DNA of 64,000 bases from Vulcanimicrobiota bacterium (lineage in GTDB: Bacteria > Vulcanimicrobiota > Xenobia > Xenobiales > JADMJV01): contig JBFWNU010000001.1 in assembly GCA_050250895.1 (NCBI GenBank), forward strand, positions 3,108,891 to 3,172,890, read 5' to 3'. Below, piece after piece: positions 30,165-39,399 of the stretch; positions within the stretch are counted from its first letter, which is position 1, and each line of letters opens with the position of its first letter. Under the pieces are notes generated by a model. The model was not told the origin of the DNA. It searched no databases and saw only the letters and a program-made list of their open reading frames with translations. A program made the position numbers and the translations under genes.

Positions 30165-30446
30165 ATGACCAACGAGACATATCAGCAGCTTCAACTTCTA
30201 GCTGACCAGGTGGTGGTTGGTCTCGACCAGACCTTCAGAATGCCCGGGCGCCGCAAGCGCCCCCTGGGCCTCGCTGTGCTGGCCCGGCTCGCCGTGGACC
30301 ACGACCTGGCCGCTTCACCTTCGGAACTCGAGCAAGCCCTCGACCGGGCCGCGCGCCGTCGCCATCGTCCCCATACTCGCTTGCTGGCCTGGGTTAGCCG
30401 GGCGGCGGCTGCCCTCTCGTTGTCTTTCTGGGCGCTCAGTCGCTAA
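30165..30446 (+). CDS. Small hypothetical protein
   Basis: TATAAT and GGAGG upstream; ends at the terminator hairpin. Confidence 0.65.
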   Translation: MTNETYQQLQLLADQVVVGLDQTFRMPGRRKRPLGLAVLARLAVDHDLAASPSELEQALDRAARRRHRPHTRLLAWVSRAAAALSLSFWALSR

Positions 30447-30449
30447 TAA

Positions 30450-30480
30450 GGAAAGAGGCACCCAGCTTGGGGTGCCTCTC
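30450..30480 (-). terminator. Intrinsic terminator (possibly bidirectional)
   Basis: 10-bp stem AGAGGCACCC/GGGTGCCTCT, followed on the minus strand by TTCCTT. Confidence 0.75.
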
Positions 30481-31575
30481 GTTCCCGGCCGCCTCCACTC
30501 CAGCACCGGGATCCCGATATCGCTTGCGCGTCGGGCCACGTCCCTCTTTTATCGCAGTAGAGACTCTGCGGTCTACTTCTTTTGGCGTTGTGGACGCCGC
30601 GGCATCTCAGTAGTTCCGCTGCTTGGCCGCCATCCTCTCCTGCACCAAGCTCCCGTGGTCCGCCTTGCCGGCATCGCTGAGTTGCCTCATCGACCTTTCC
30701 CCTCGCGGGTCCGGCAAGTGCGTCGGGCCTCGCTTCGAATGTCCTCAGACGAAGCGCTGCGCATTGCTCAGGTGTGTATGCTACCCCTGTCATCTTTTGG
30801 CTGTCGCCGCGGCCTTTTGACAGTTCCGCTCTCGCCTTTCGACGCTCTCGCGCCCGGTGCGAGCTTCCAACCCTCGAGTTCCGCGCTCGTCGGTGTGATC
30901 GATGCCTCGATCCCGTTTGTCCAGTCGGCTCTGGGCGCTCTCAGGTCTGAACGCAACCCCTGCTCCTATATGCGGCTGAGCAGTTCCGTCCCTGGCCGCC
31001 ATCCACTCCTGCACCAGGATCCCCGTGTTCCGCCTTACCCGGCTGCGCTTCGAGGTTTCGTTGCGCTCTTTCTCCTCGCGGTTCCGACTGTTGGCTTTGG
31101 GGCCTCGTCCCGACACCTGATCGGGACTTCGTACACTCTTAGGGTGGGTGTTCCCCTGTTCTCTTTCGGCGCTTAGCTTCGCCACGGCGTTCGAACAGTT
31201 CCGCTGCCTTTGGGTTAACCCGTCAGGCTGCATCTGGTCACCGATACATCTCGACTGCCGGTCGAGTCGGGCGTTCTAGGTCTGAACGCAACCCCGCTCA
31301 GCATTTGACGTCGCGGAACGTCACGGCGTCTGAGCGATCCGTTGCCTGGCTTTCGCACCAAGCTCACCAACACACTAACCTCGGCGCAGCTCAAAGTTAC
31401 CTTTGCGCGTCTTTATCCTCGCGGCTCCGAGAGAGATGTTGGTCTTGCCTCGCATGTCCACCCGAGGCGGTGGAGGCACCTGGTCTGTGCCCTGCCCTGA
31501 CATTTGCTCTTTCCGAGCGGGTTGCCAGCCCCTCCGAGTCTCACGCTCCTCGGGGCGGCTCCGTGACCGGAACAT
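30450..31575 (-). ncRNA. Candidate ~1.1-kb modular structured ncRNA (about 3.4 diverged units)
   Basis: Bounded by a consensus promoter and a terminator; motifs recur 340-370 nt apart with compensatory stem changes; no credible ORF. Confidence 0.75.
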
Positions 31576-31580
31576 TAATT

Positions 31581-31608
31581 ATTATACCCACGATGACGTT
31601 CCTGTCAA
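31581..31608 (-). promoter_or_regulatory. Consensus sigma70 promoter
   Basis: TTGACA (31608-31603), 16-nt spacer, TATAAT (31586-31581). Confidence 0.9.
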
Positions 31609-31905
31609 ACCCGAAAGGAATTTCGCCTCGGGTCTTGGCCGCCTGGCAGCCCCTCGGGAGAGGGGGGCTGCCACTGCCCGCCGTGGCGCCTGAGCGGGGC
31701 TGGACGCGGACGTGGATTTTAACGCGGACGCCGTCTTCTGCACTTGAACGTGTGCGCCTGCTGGATCTCGAATCCGTCGTGCCAAGCTGCCGAATCGCGG
31801 CCACCCGCCGGGCACACCAGCCTGGCGCGACCCGCCAACTCCCCAGCAAGCCGAACCGACCCGCGCCCGACCTCGCCGGGCCTCGGGGCGAACGCTTGCT
31901 CGAGG

Positions 31906-31989
31906 TTGTGCGCCGCACAGTCCGGTTTAGGCAGTGTACGGCGCAAGTGTGCGCCGCCCATGACGATTTGCCTGGTGTACGGCGCACAA
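31906..31989. repeat. REP-like inverted-repeat cluster
   Basis: TTGTGCGCCG...CGGCGCACAA outer 10-bp inverted repeat; two TGTGCGCCGC and two GTGTACGGCGCA copies. Confidence 0.6.
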
Positions 31990-32115
31990 CCCTGGCCGCG
32001 GAACGCCTGCCGCCGCAGCCAGGCCCGCCGCGCCGACTCGCCAAGCCAGGCCGACCCGCGCCCGACCACCCCACGCCCCGCGCGACCCTCTCCGCCGGAT
32101 CTCCGTGTTCATCCC

Positions 32116-32571
32116 TCGAGCGCCCACTGGCGAGCGACGCCAACTGCACTTCGACAGTGCACCCCGACGGGTATCTCGCCGGTTCCAGCCCCGTCGCGCA
32201 TCGATGAGCGATACGCCCCTCCACCCAAATCCTCAAGCCGTGCCAATCAAAGAGGCCGCCGCCCAGCAACCCATACCTCTGCGTCTCGGCGGACTCGGCG
32301 GTTTTCACCACGAGAGGGCACCTCGCAGCGGCGCTCACGACGCCCCGCGGTTCTCACGATCGAGCGCCCACTGGCGAGCGACGCCAACTGCACTTCGACA
32401 GTGCACCCCGACGGGTATCTCGCCGGTTCCAGCCCCGTCGCGCATCGATGAGCGATACGCCCCTCCGCCCAAATCCTCAAGCCGTGCCAATCAAAGAGGC
32501 CGCCGCGCACCGCGCACCCCTACAACCTCTGCGTCTCGGTGACCTCGGCGGTTTCAACCACGAGCGGGCAC
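32116..32571. repeat. Tandem duplication (147-bp near-identical core, 244-bp period), each copy followed by a CCTCTGCGTCTCGG element
   Basis: 32116-32262 matches 32360-32506 with one mismatch seen; tails at 32275-32321 and 32525-32571. Confidence 0.9.
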
Positions 32572-32582
32572 GTCTCCCTACG

Positions 32583-33302
32583 CTAGGCGAATAGTCGTCC
32601 GACGTACATGTCCATCTGGCGATGCCACCAGGGCCAGTCATGGGCTACTTCGGGGCCCCACAGGTCAAAGTTGTGCTCGATGCCGCTGGCGGCCAGGCGG
32701 TTCGAGAACTCGCGGGTCCAGTGGATGCGTTCCCACGGACCCTGACCGCAGAGGACGTGAATCTGGCACCCGGCCAGGCGGGCGGGATCGTAGTGGCGCA
32801 GGTAGTCGACCGGATTGTGGGCGTAGCAGGTGTCGTCGTAGTAACCGTCCAGGCAGGAAGTGATGTCGTAGACGCCGCTCATGCAGATCCCGATCTTGAA
32901 CAAGTCGGGATGGCGCAGCAGGCTGTTGGCGGCGTGATAGGCGCCGAAGCTGGCCCCGGCTACGGCGATGGGCAATTGCCCCTGGCAGTCGTGATAGATG
33001 GCTGGAACAACTTCGTCGGCCAGGTAGCGATCATAGAGCGCCTGGCGGCGAATGCGTTCGGCCGGGGGGACCGAGAAGTTCGAAAGGCTCTCGGAGTTGA
33101 TGCTGTTGACGCTAAAAAGCTTGACCCGTCCGGCCTCTACATGGTGGGCCAGGGCCCCCACCATGCCCATGCGCTCGTGCTCTTCGAAGTCTGAGCTGGC
33201 CGTGGGGATGAGTAGGAGAGGGGTGCCGAAATGGCCGTAGATGGACATCGGCATCGGTCGTCCGAGGACCTGGCTGTGTTGGGCAAACTTATGAATACGC
33301 AC
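32583..33302 (-). CDS. Putative esterase (alpha/beta hydrolase)
   Basis: YGHFGTP, GASFG, AHDWPWW. Confidence 0.85.
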   Translation of the reverse strand: MRIHKFAQHSQVLGRPMPMSIYGHFGTPLLLIPTASSDFEEHERMGMVGALAHHVEAGRVKLFSVNSINSESLSNFSVPPAERIRRQALYDRYLADEVVPAIYHDCQGQLPIAVAGASFGAYHAANSLLRHPDLFKIGICMSGVYDITSCLDGYYDDTCYAHNPVDYLRHYDPARLAGCQIHVLCGQGPWERIHWTREFSNRLAASGIEHNFDLWGPEVAHDWPWWHRQMDMYVGRLFA

Positions 33303-33335
33303 CGGGCGCGATTCTCGTCGGGGCGGAGCGTTCCT

Positions 33336-34193
33336 CTAATTGGCTACCAGTTCCCAGCCCTCTGACGAGGTGCCTCCGGCCGACTCGACCCGGTTGCGGC
33401 CACCCTGCTTGGCGCGGTAGAGGGCCTTATCGGCAGCCTGAATCAGGTTGACGAAATTGTCTGACCCGACCACGTCCGTTCCCGCTACGCCCAGGCTCAT
33501 GGTCACCATCAGGCTGCCCCAGATGGTATCGATGGGTCGTGAGCAAAGCTCGCTGCGGATGCGCTCGGCCACCTGGACAGCGAAGGAACTCGAGGCCCCT
33601 GGCAGCACCACCATCATTTCTTCACCGCCATATCGGCCAGGCGAGTCGATGGCCCTGATCGAGATGGCCAGCCGGCGGGCCACCTCTTGCAGCACCGCGT
33701 CACCGCAGGGGTGACCGTGATTGTCGTTGATCCTCTTGAAGTGATCGACATCGCACAGGATGACCGACAGCGAAGTGCGTTGGCGGCGGCTGCGTTCGAG
33801 CTCTTCTTCGAGGATCTCGAAAATGGCGCCCCGGTTGCGGAGCCCGGTCAAGGGGTCGGTGGTGGCTCGCTCGTAGAGTTCGCGGTTGGCTTCTTCGAGT
33901 TGCTCTTTCTGGGCCCTGGACATCAGCAGTCCGCCCGCAAAGGCCAGGGCTTGGCCGGCGGCGGTCAGCAGCAAGCCCATCGGGCCGAGGGTGACGGCGC
34001 CAGCGACGCAGCCGGCCACCATTCCGCCAACGGCCAACAATTTGCCCACCGAGGGCCCGAGAGCGCGCCCACCCGAGAGCTTGACTCCGTCGCTGGGCAG
34101 GGCCGGACCCCCAGGTTGCTCGGTCTTTGGCGTGGCGCGGAAGCGTAGCCCGCTAAGAAAGCTCTTGCCGGGCTCGGGACCTTGAACCTTCAT
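33336..34193 (-). CDS. Membrane-anchored diguanylate cyclase
   Basis: DPLTGLRNR, DVDHFKRINDNHGH, RxxD I-site, RYGGEEM, ADKALYRAK. Confidence 0.93.
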   Translation of the reverse strand: MKVQGPEPGKSFLSGLRFRATPKTEQPGGPALPSDGVKLSGGRALGPSVGKLLAVGGMVAGCVAGAVTLGPMGLLLTAAGQALAFAGGLLMSRAQKEQLEEANRELYERATTDPLTGLRNRGAIFEILEEELERSRRQRTSLSVILCDVDHFKRINDNHGHPCGDAVLQEVARRLAISIRAIDSPGRYGGEEMMVVLPGASSSFAVQVAERIRSELCSRPIDTIWGSLMVTMSLGVAGTDVVGSDNFVNLIQAADKALYRAKQGGRNRVESAGGTSSEGWELVAN

Positions 34194-34279
34194 GCCAACG
34201 GGTATTCGACGGCGAGGCCAGATTTCCTCGGGGTTTGACCTCGAGAGGAGTGGCAGCTTGTGAACGGAATTGTGGCGGC

Positions 34280-34690
34280 ATGCGAAAGATTTGTATCTTC
34301 TGGCTGGTACTTTGCCTGGCCGGCAATGCCTGGGCCGACCTGACCATCCGCAAAGGCGGCAGTCTGTGGGCCACGGTCGAGTCCGGCGGCACGATCCGTA
34401 TCGGCGGCACCATGGTCGGTGAGTTCGAGTCTAATGGCGCGGTGCGCAAGGCCGGCTCGCTGGTGGGCGAGGTCGAGTCTGGCGGCAATGTCCGCAAATC
34501 GGGCAGTCTCTATGGTCAGCTCGAGAAAAGCGGCTATCTGCGCGTGGGGGGCAGCCTGGTGGGTCAGATCGAAAGCGGCGGGACCATCCGCAAGAACGGC
34601 TCCATGTGGGGGTCGGCCGAGGGGCTGTCAAGCTTTGAGGACATGCGCAAGGTCACCGCGGTTTTGATGTTCTTTAGTGACGAATTTTAA
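34280..34690 (+). CDS. Secreted 15-aa-repeat (beta-flower-like) protein
   Basis: Signal peptide; six to seven IRKxGSLxGxxESxG-type repeats. Confidence 0.8.
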   Translation: MRKICIFWLVLCLAGNAWADLTIRKGGSLWATVESGGTIRIGGTMVGEFESNGAVRKAGSLVGEVESGGNVRKSGSLYGQLEKSGYLRVGGSLVGQIESGGTIRKNGSMWGSAEGLSSFEDMRKVTAVLMFFSDEF

Positions 34691-34764
34691 CCTGGTTCAC
34701 CCTTTCTTAAGGTTTTGAGGCCCCATCCCCAGCGGATTTCGTCTAAAATGGCGACGGAGGGGTC

Positions 34765-35052
34765 ATGTCAAAAACCGATCGAAGAAACTATCCCCGGGTG
34801 CTCACCGACACTACCGTGTGCGTCTGGGTCAATGGAAGTCACACCGTTGGCCAGGTTCATGACCTGAGTTCAGGCGGCGCCCGGCTGTCGCTGAGGGGGC
34901 CGCTCCGGGTCGGCCAGACGGTCCGCATGCTGTTCGAGACCGGGGTGAACCGATTCGAAAGCGTCGATGCCGTAGCCGTGCGTCGCTTTGACGACGGGGC
35001 TGGGGTCCGCTTCAAGAGCCCGACGAGTCGGGCCCGTTTATTGGGTCCTTAA
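34765..35052 (+). CDS. Single-domain PilZ protein
   Basis: RRNYPR (RxxxR) and DLSSGG (DxSxxG). Confidence 0.88.
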   Translation: MSKTDRRNYPRVLTDTTVCVWVNGSHTVGQVHDLSSGGARLSLRGPLRVGQTVRMLFETGVNRFESVDAVAVRRFDDGAGVRFKSPTSRARLLGP

Positions 35053-36824
35053 GGAGTCAGGGTCACCAGGTTACCGATCAGACGGGCCAGCACGATCAGA
35101 TTGGTGTTCATACCCGAGTTCCACACCACCACGGCATCACCGTTGCTGGTGCAGGCCACTCTCGAGGCCGAGTTAAATCCGTTTCTGGCGGCCAGACCCG
35201 GGGCGGCTTGACCGGTCGAGATGTCCAACGCGGCTCCCACCGCAACCGGCGGGGCCGAAGCGACCGAGCGGAATCGCTGCAGCATGATCTCGGAGTTGCC
35301 GCCGGTGAACTGGGTCCAGGTGACCAGGAAAGTGCCGTCACTATTGACCACGGCCACGTCGGGCAAAATGGCGCTGTTCATGTTGACGGGGGGCACGATC
35401 TCGAGTTCGGGACCGATGGCCATCTTGTCAGGCATAAAACAGCGAGCGTAGAGACCGGTGCCCATGATGGTGCTGTCGAACACCGAGTAGACGAAGACGA
35501 TCTCACCGCTCTCGAACCAGTCCACCGCCAACCCGCCGACGGAAGCTTTCATGGCGCTGGGCTGGCCGCTGTTGACTACGAACGGCGTGTCGGCTGAATT
35601 GAAGTCTTCGAAGACGGCGTCGACGGATGCCCCACCTGAGGAGAAGACGATGACCGCTGGCGTCGGAGTGTTCTTGCGGTTGGCCACCTCGGGATTGACA
35701 TTGGACATCACCGGGGCGAAGGTTTGTAATAATTCGTTGACCGGCGGGGTGCCGACGGCCGGGACCGAGGCCGAATTGGCCGAGGAGATCTCGTATTGCA
35801 CCGCCTTCACGTGCATAGTTGGATCGAGAAAGGCGTAGTGAATGGGGGCCACGCTCGGACCCGCGTTGGCCATCGAGACCGAAGCAGGGTTCGAGTTGCC
35901 GGCCGCGATGGTGATGACCGAGGCCGGGTCCGGCTCGAAGAAATTCATGTTCAGGCTATTGTTGACGGCGTTCAGGGGGCCGAGCACCACTGAGCGAATG
36001 ACCGGTCCGGCCGAAACCATCGGGCTCGGGTTCGAATCGGACCAGACCACGGTGAAGGCGCCGTCGTCATTCATCGACAGGCGGGGATTCTTGGCGTTCG
36101 TGATGGCCATGCCCTGAGTGTTGTACTGGCTGATGTCGAAGTCATTACCGGCCGACGGGTCGATGTCGGTCTGGGAGGTGGGTATGCCGGTGGAGAAGTT
36201 GGCCTGGAACCGCTCACCGTGGATGTAGCCCGAGATGGAGAAGTTGGCATCGTCGGTCACGCTGGCCGCCACTACGAAGAAACCGTCATCGCGAATATCG
36301 ACATCGGGCTGACCTTGAATGATATCGGCGTTGGCTACCGGACGGAAGGCCGGTCCGGCTAGCGAGAATTCTCCCCCGGTGCCGCCGTTGCCCTGAAATG
36401 CGATCTGGGTCACCTGGCCCGGGTTGACCGGGGCCAACTGCTGACCACTCAAGAAGAGCGCGCCGGTGCTATCGAAGACCTGCAGCATGAAGAGATGGGT
36501 GCCGGGGATGACCTGGCTCACCGTGAAGGATTGCTGGGTCTGGGTGCGGTCGAAGTTGAACGCGGTGGCAGGGTGAACCGGTTCTTGCGTCTCGGGGTCG
36601 AGGATGTTGATGATCAACTGGTCGACACCGCCGCTGGCCAGCAGTTCGTCGGTGCGAGGAATAGCCGATGGGTTCAGGCGGAAAGTGACCGAGCCAGTCC
36701 CGACTCCGCTGCCCGGTCCGGCCGAAGGGGTCCCCTCGGTGGCGGAGCCACCACCTCCGCAGGCCGTAAAAAGTAGCGCGGCAAGAAGCATCGCAACCCA
36801 CCAGAGTTTGGGCGCTTTAGACAT
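35049..36824 (-). CDS. Lipoprotein with conserved N-terminal module and beta-propeller-like C-terminus
   Basis: Lipobox FTAC-GGGG; repeated P.V....DG.F.VVW-type blades. Confidence 0.8.
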   Translation of the reverse strand: MSKAPKLWWVAMLLAALLFTACGGGGSATEGTPSAGPGSGVGTGSVTFRLNPSAIPRTDELLASGGVDQLIINILDPETQEPVHPATAFNFDRTQTQQSFTVSQVIPGTHLFMLQVFDSTGALFLSGQQLAPVNPGQVTQIAFQGNGGTGGEFSLAGPAFRPVANADIIQGQPDVDIRDDGFFVVAASVTDDANFSISGYIHGERFQANFSTGIPTSQTDIDPSAGNDFDISQYNTQGMAITNAKNPRLSMNDDGAFTVVWSDSNPSPMVSAGPVIRSVVLGPLNAVNNSLNMNFFEPDPASVITIAAGNSNPASVSMANAGPSVAPIHYAFLDPTMHVKAVQYEISSANSASVPAVGTPPVNELLQTFAPVMSNVNPEVANRKNTPTPAVIVFSSGGASVDAVFEDFNSADTPFVVNSGQPSAMKASVGGLAVDWFESGEIVFVYSVFDSTIMGTGLYARCFMPDKMAIGPELEIVPPVNMNSAILPDVAVVNSDGTFLVTWTQFTGGNSEIMLQRFRSVASAPPVAVGAALDISTGQAAPGLAARNGFNSASRVACTSNGDAVVVWNSGMNTNLIVLARLIGNLVTLTP

Positions 36825-36863
36825 GATCAGTCCCCCCAGGTCAAAAAAGTTGCCGTATCTTTC

Positions 36864-38024
36864 TTAAGAGTTCTCGGCTCTCCTCCTCAAGGCAGAACCA
36901 TGAAAGCCGGCTAGAGAAGTGGCCAGCACCGAAGCGGCCACCGCGAAGCAGGCGGGATAGCTCAGCACCTGAGCTACCAGCCCCGAGGCCAGGGCGCCGA
37001 GCAGAAAGCCGCCGTCGAAGGCAGCCGTGAACAGGGCCATTCCGGTGCTGCGGTCGCCCGGGTCGGTGCGCCTCAGGGTGAGAAGGGACAGGGCCGGATA
37101 AGCCACGCCGTGGGCTAGACCATAGAGAAGTGCGGCGCCGCTGAGCAGGACGACCGCGTTGGAGGGGGCGAGTTTGCATAGGAGCAATAGCGAGAGCACC
37201 TGGCAAGCCAGGGCGGTGGGGATCAGCCGCTCTGGACCCAGGCGGTCGAGCCAGCTGCCGGTCCCCAGGCGGACCAGAATCGAGGCCACCGAAAAGGCCA
37301 GAAAGAACGGCGCCACGCTGGACAGGCCGCGGGTTACCCCGTAGGGGGCCAGAAAGCACCATACCAGACCCATGGCCCAACCCAGGGGAACGGATACGCC
37401 CAGCATCGGAGCCAGGGACCGCCGACCCATCAACTCGAAGATACTGGCCGGCGAGGGTGCTCCCTGGGGGTGGAAGTCGGGCAGCCCCAGCAGGCCGACG
37501 AAAGCCGCCAGGGAGAGGACCCCCGCGGCCAGAAAGAGGACTGGAAAGCCGGCTCGGGCCACCAGTGCCTCGCCCAGAGCCGGTCCCAGGGCCCCGGCCA
37601 ACAGTCCCGATACGCCGAACATCCCTTGTAGTTCGCCCACACGCTCGGGTGGGGCCAGATCGGCCACCCAGGTCCAGATCGAGGTGAGATAGATGGCGAT
37701 CCCGGCCCCGTGCACCATGCGAATGGCAGCCACCAGCAGGGGCTGGGTAAAACCGCTGGCCAGGGCCAGGCTGGCCAGGGCCGTCAGCAGGCAACCGAAC
37801 AGAAAGAAGAAGCGTCTACCTCTCAGGTGGCACCAGTTACCCAGTTCGATGCGAATCAGGATGCCGGCCAGCGAAAAAGCTCCTGCAATGACGCCGAGTT
37901 CCCAGCGCGGATAGCCGGCTCGTTCCAGATGCAGCGGCACCAGCACCAGCAGGGCCGTGTTGCCTGCCAGACAAAAGAGATTGCAAAGATTGGCCGCCCA
38001 GAAGGCGCCGGTGTAAGCGCTCAA
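36864..38024 (-). CDS. MFS transporter
   Basis: About 12 TM helices; motif-A-like GSWLDRLGPERL. Confidence 0.88.
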   Translation of the reverse strand: MSAYTGAFWAANLCNLFCLAGNTALLVLVPLHLERAGYPRWELGVIAGAFSLAGILIRIELGNWCHLRGRRFFFLFGCLLTALASLALASGFTQPLLVAAIRMVHGAGIAIYLTSIWTWVADLAPPERVGELQGMFGVSGLLAGALGPALGEALVARAGFPVLFLAAGVLSLAAFVGLLGLPDFHPQGAPSPASIFELMGRRSLAPMLGVSVPLGWAMGLVWCFLAPYGVTRGLSSVAPFFLAFSVASILVRLGTGSWLDRLGPERLIPTALACQVLSLLLLCKLAPSNAVVLLSGAALLYGLAHGVAYPALSLLTLRRTDPGDRSTGMALFTAAFDGGFLLGALASGLVAQVLSYPACFAVAASVLATSLAGFHGSALRRRAENS

Positions 38025-38100
38025 TCTCCAGGGAATTTAGCTGGTCCAACAGACCATCCTGCTATGGGGGAGTCAATCGACGATTAGCGAATCGCCCGGC

Positions 38101-39399
38101 ATGCGCATCTTGATCGTGACCTTGTTGTTGAGTTCCATGGTCTGGGCCCAGTCGGCCGCCACGGCCCTGGACCAAGGCCAATACGAGGAAGCCTGGCGCC
38201 TGTATCAGGCAGAATTGGCGGCTTCTCCCGACAAGCTCGACGCCCTGGCGGGCGGCTCCGAGGCCTTGCTGAATCTGGGGCGGGCCGAGGAGGCGCTCGC
38301 GTTGGCCAACCGCGCCTGTCGATTGACCCCCAACGATCCCGCCTGCCTGGCGCAACGGGCCGAGATCCTGGGGGTGCTGGAGCGACCCCAAGAAGCTCTG
38401 CAGGACCTCGATCGGGCCATCGCCCTGGCCCCCGATGCGCCGTACCTCTATCTGGCACGAGGTTATGCCTACGCCGACCTGGGCGAATTTCCCGAGTCGG
38501 TAGCCGATCAGACCCGCGTCATTACGCTCGAACCGACCAACGCCCTGGCCTACGCCGGCCGGGCCTACGCTCGGGCTCAGTTGGGCGAGATCGACGAGGC
38601 TTTTCAAGACGTGGCCACCTCGCTCAAACTTGCCCCCGAACTGGTGCCGGCCATTCACACCCGGGCCGACCTGTTCTTTCGCCGGGCTCGCTATGTCGAG
38701 GCGCTCAACGACTATGACCGGGCCATTGCGCTCGACGGCACCGAGCCGTTCTTGTTTGCCGGTCGGGCCGGAGTGAAGGCCTCGCTCAATCAGCTCGAAG
38801 CGGCTCTCGAAGACTACAACCGGGCCATCGAATTAGCTCCCAATCGGCCTGCTCTCTATAGCGAGCGGGGTAACCTCCTGGCCGTGATGGGTCGGATGGA
38901 GGATGCTCTCAAGGACCATAACACGGCCGTCGGGCTTAGCCCCAATTCGCCCGACCCCTTGGTGGCCCGGGGACAGTTCTTTCTCGACTGGGAAAGGGCT
39001 GAGCGCGCCCTGCAAGACTTCAACGAAGCGATCCGCGTGGACCCGACCATGGGCGAGGGTTATCTGGGTCGCGGCGAGACCTATCTAGCCATCGGCCAAC
39101 CCGACCAGGCCCTCGGCGATCTCAATAAGGCCGTCGAGCTGTCGCCGGCTCTTTTGTATGCCTATACGGCGCGGGCCCGAGCCTTCGAGGCCAAGGGTGA
39201 CAAGGAGAGGGCTTTCCAGGAATACAGCGACCTGCTCAAAACCACGCCGACCTTCTCGCCGGCCCTGCTCGGACTGGGTTATCTGCAGCTCGAGAAGGGT
39301 GACTCCAGGGCGGCCCGCAAGAGTTTTGAAGCGGCTCTCGAGCACGCCTCGACCCCGGATCTGATGTCGGAAGCTCGGGCCGCTATCAGCGACCTCTAA
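38101..39399 (+). CDS. Secreted TPR repeat protein
   Basis: Signal peptide; about 11 A..DY.RAI.L.P repeats. Confidence 0.92.
   Translation: MRILIVTLLLSSMVWAQSAATALDQGQYEEAWRLYQAELAASPDKLDALAGGSEALLNLGRAEEALALANRACRLTPNDPACLAQRAEILGVLERPQEALQDLDRAIALAPDAPYLYLARGYAYADLGEFPESVADQTRVITLEPTNALAYAGRAYARAQLGEIDEAFQDVATSLKLAPELVPAIHTRADLFFRRARYVEALNDYDRAIALDGTEPFLFAGRAGVKASLNQLEAALEDYNRAIELAPNRPALYSERGNLLAVMGRMEDALKDHNTAVGLSPNSPDPLVARGQFFLDWERAERALQDFNEAIRVDPTMGEGYLGRGETYLAIGQPDQALGDLNKAVELSPALLYAYTARARAFEAKGDKERAFQEYSDLLKTTPTFSPALLGLGYLQLEKGDSRAARKSFEAALEHASTPDLMSEARAAISDL

Noticed and set aside
30450-31575. CRISPR array, rRNA fragment, tmRNA or RNase P as the identity of the repeat RNA
   Set aside because: No identical repeats with regular spacers and no cas genes; CCGCGAGGGGAAAGG only briefly resembles a 23S helix; no GAGGAAAGTCC and no tRNA-like ends
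30217-32542. Long ORFs in the track (30217-31176, 30790-31233, 31305-32207, 31541-32338, 31744-32451)
   Set aside because: R/P/S/A-rich with no motifs or start signals; the repeat spacings (343, 373, 244) are not multiples of 3, which argues for non-coding DNA
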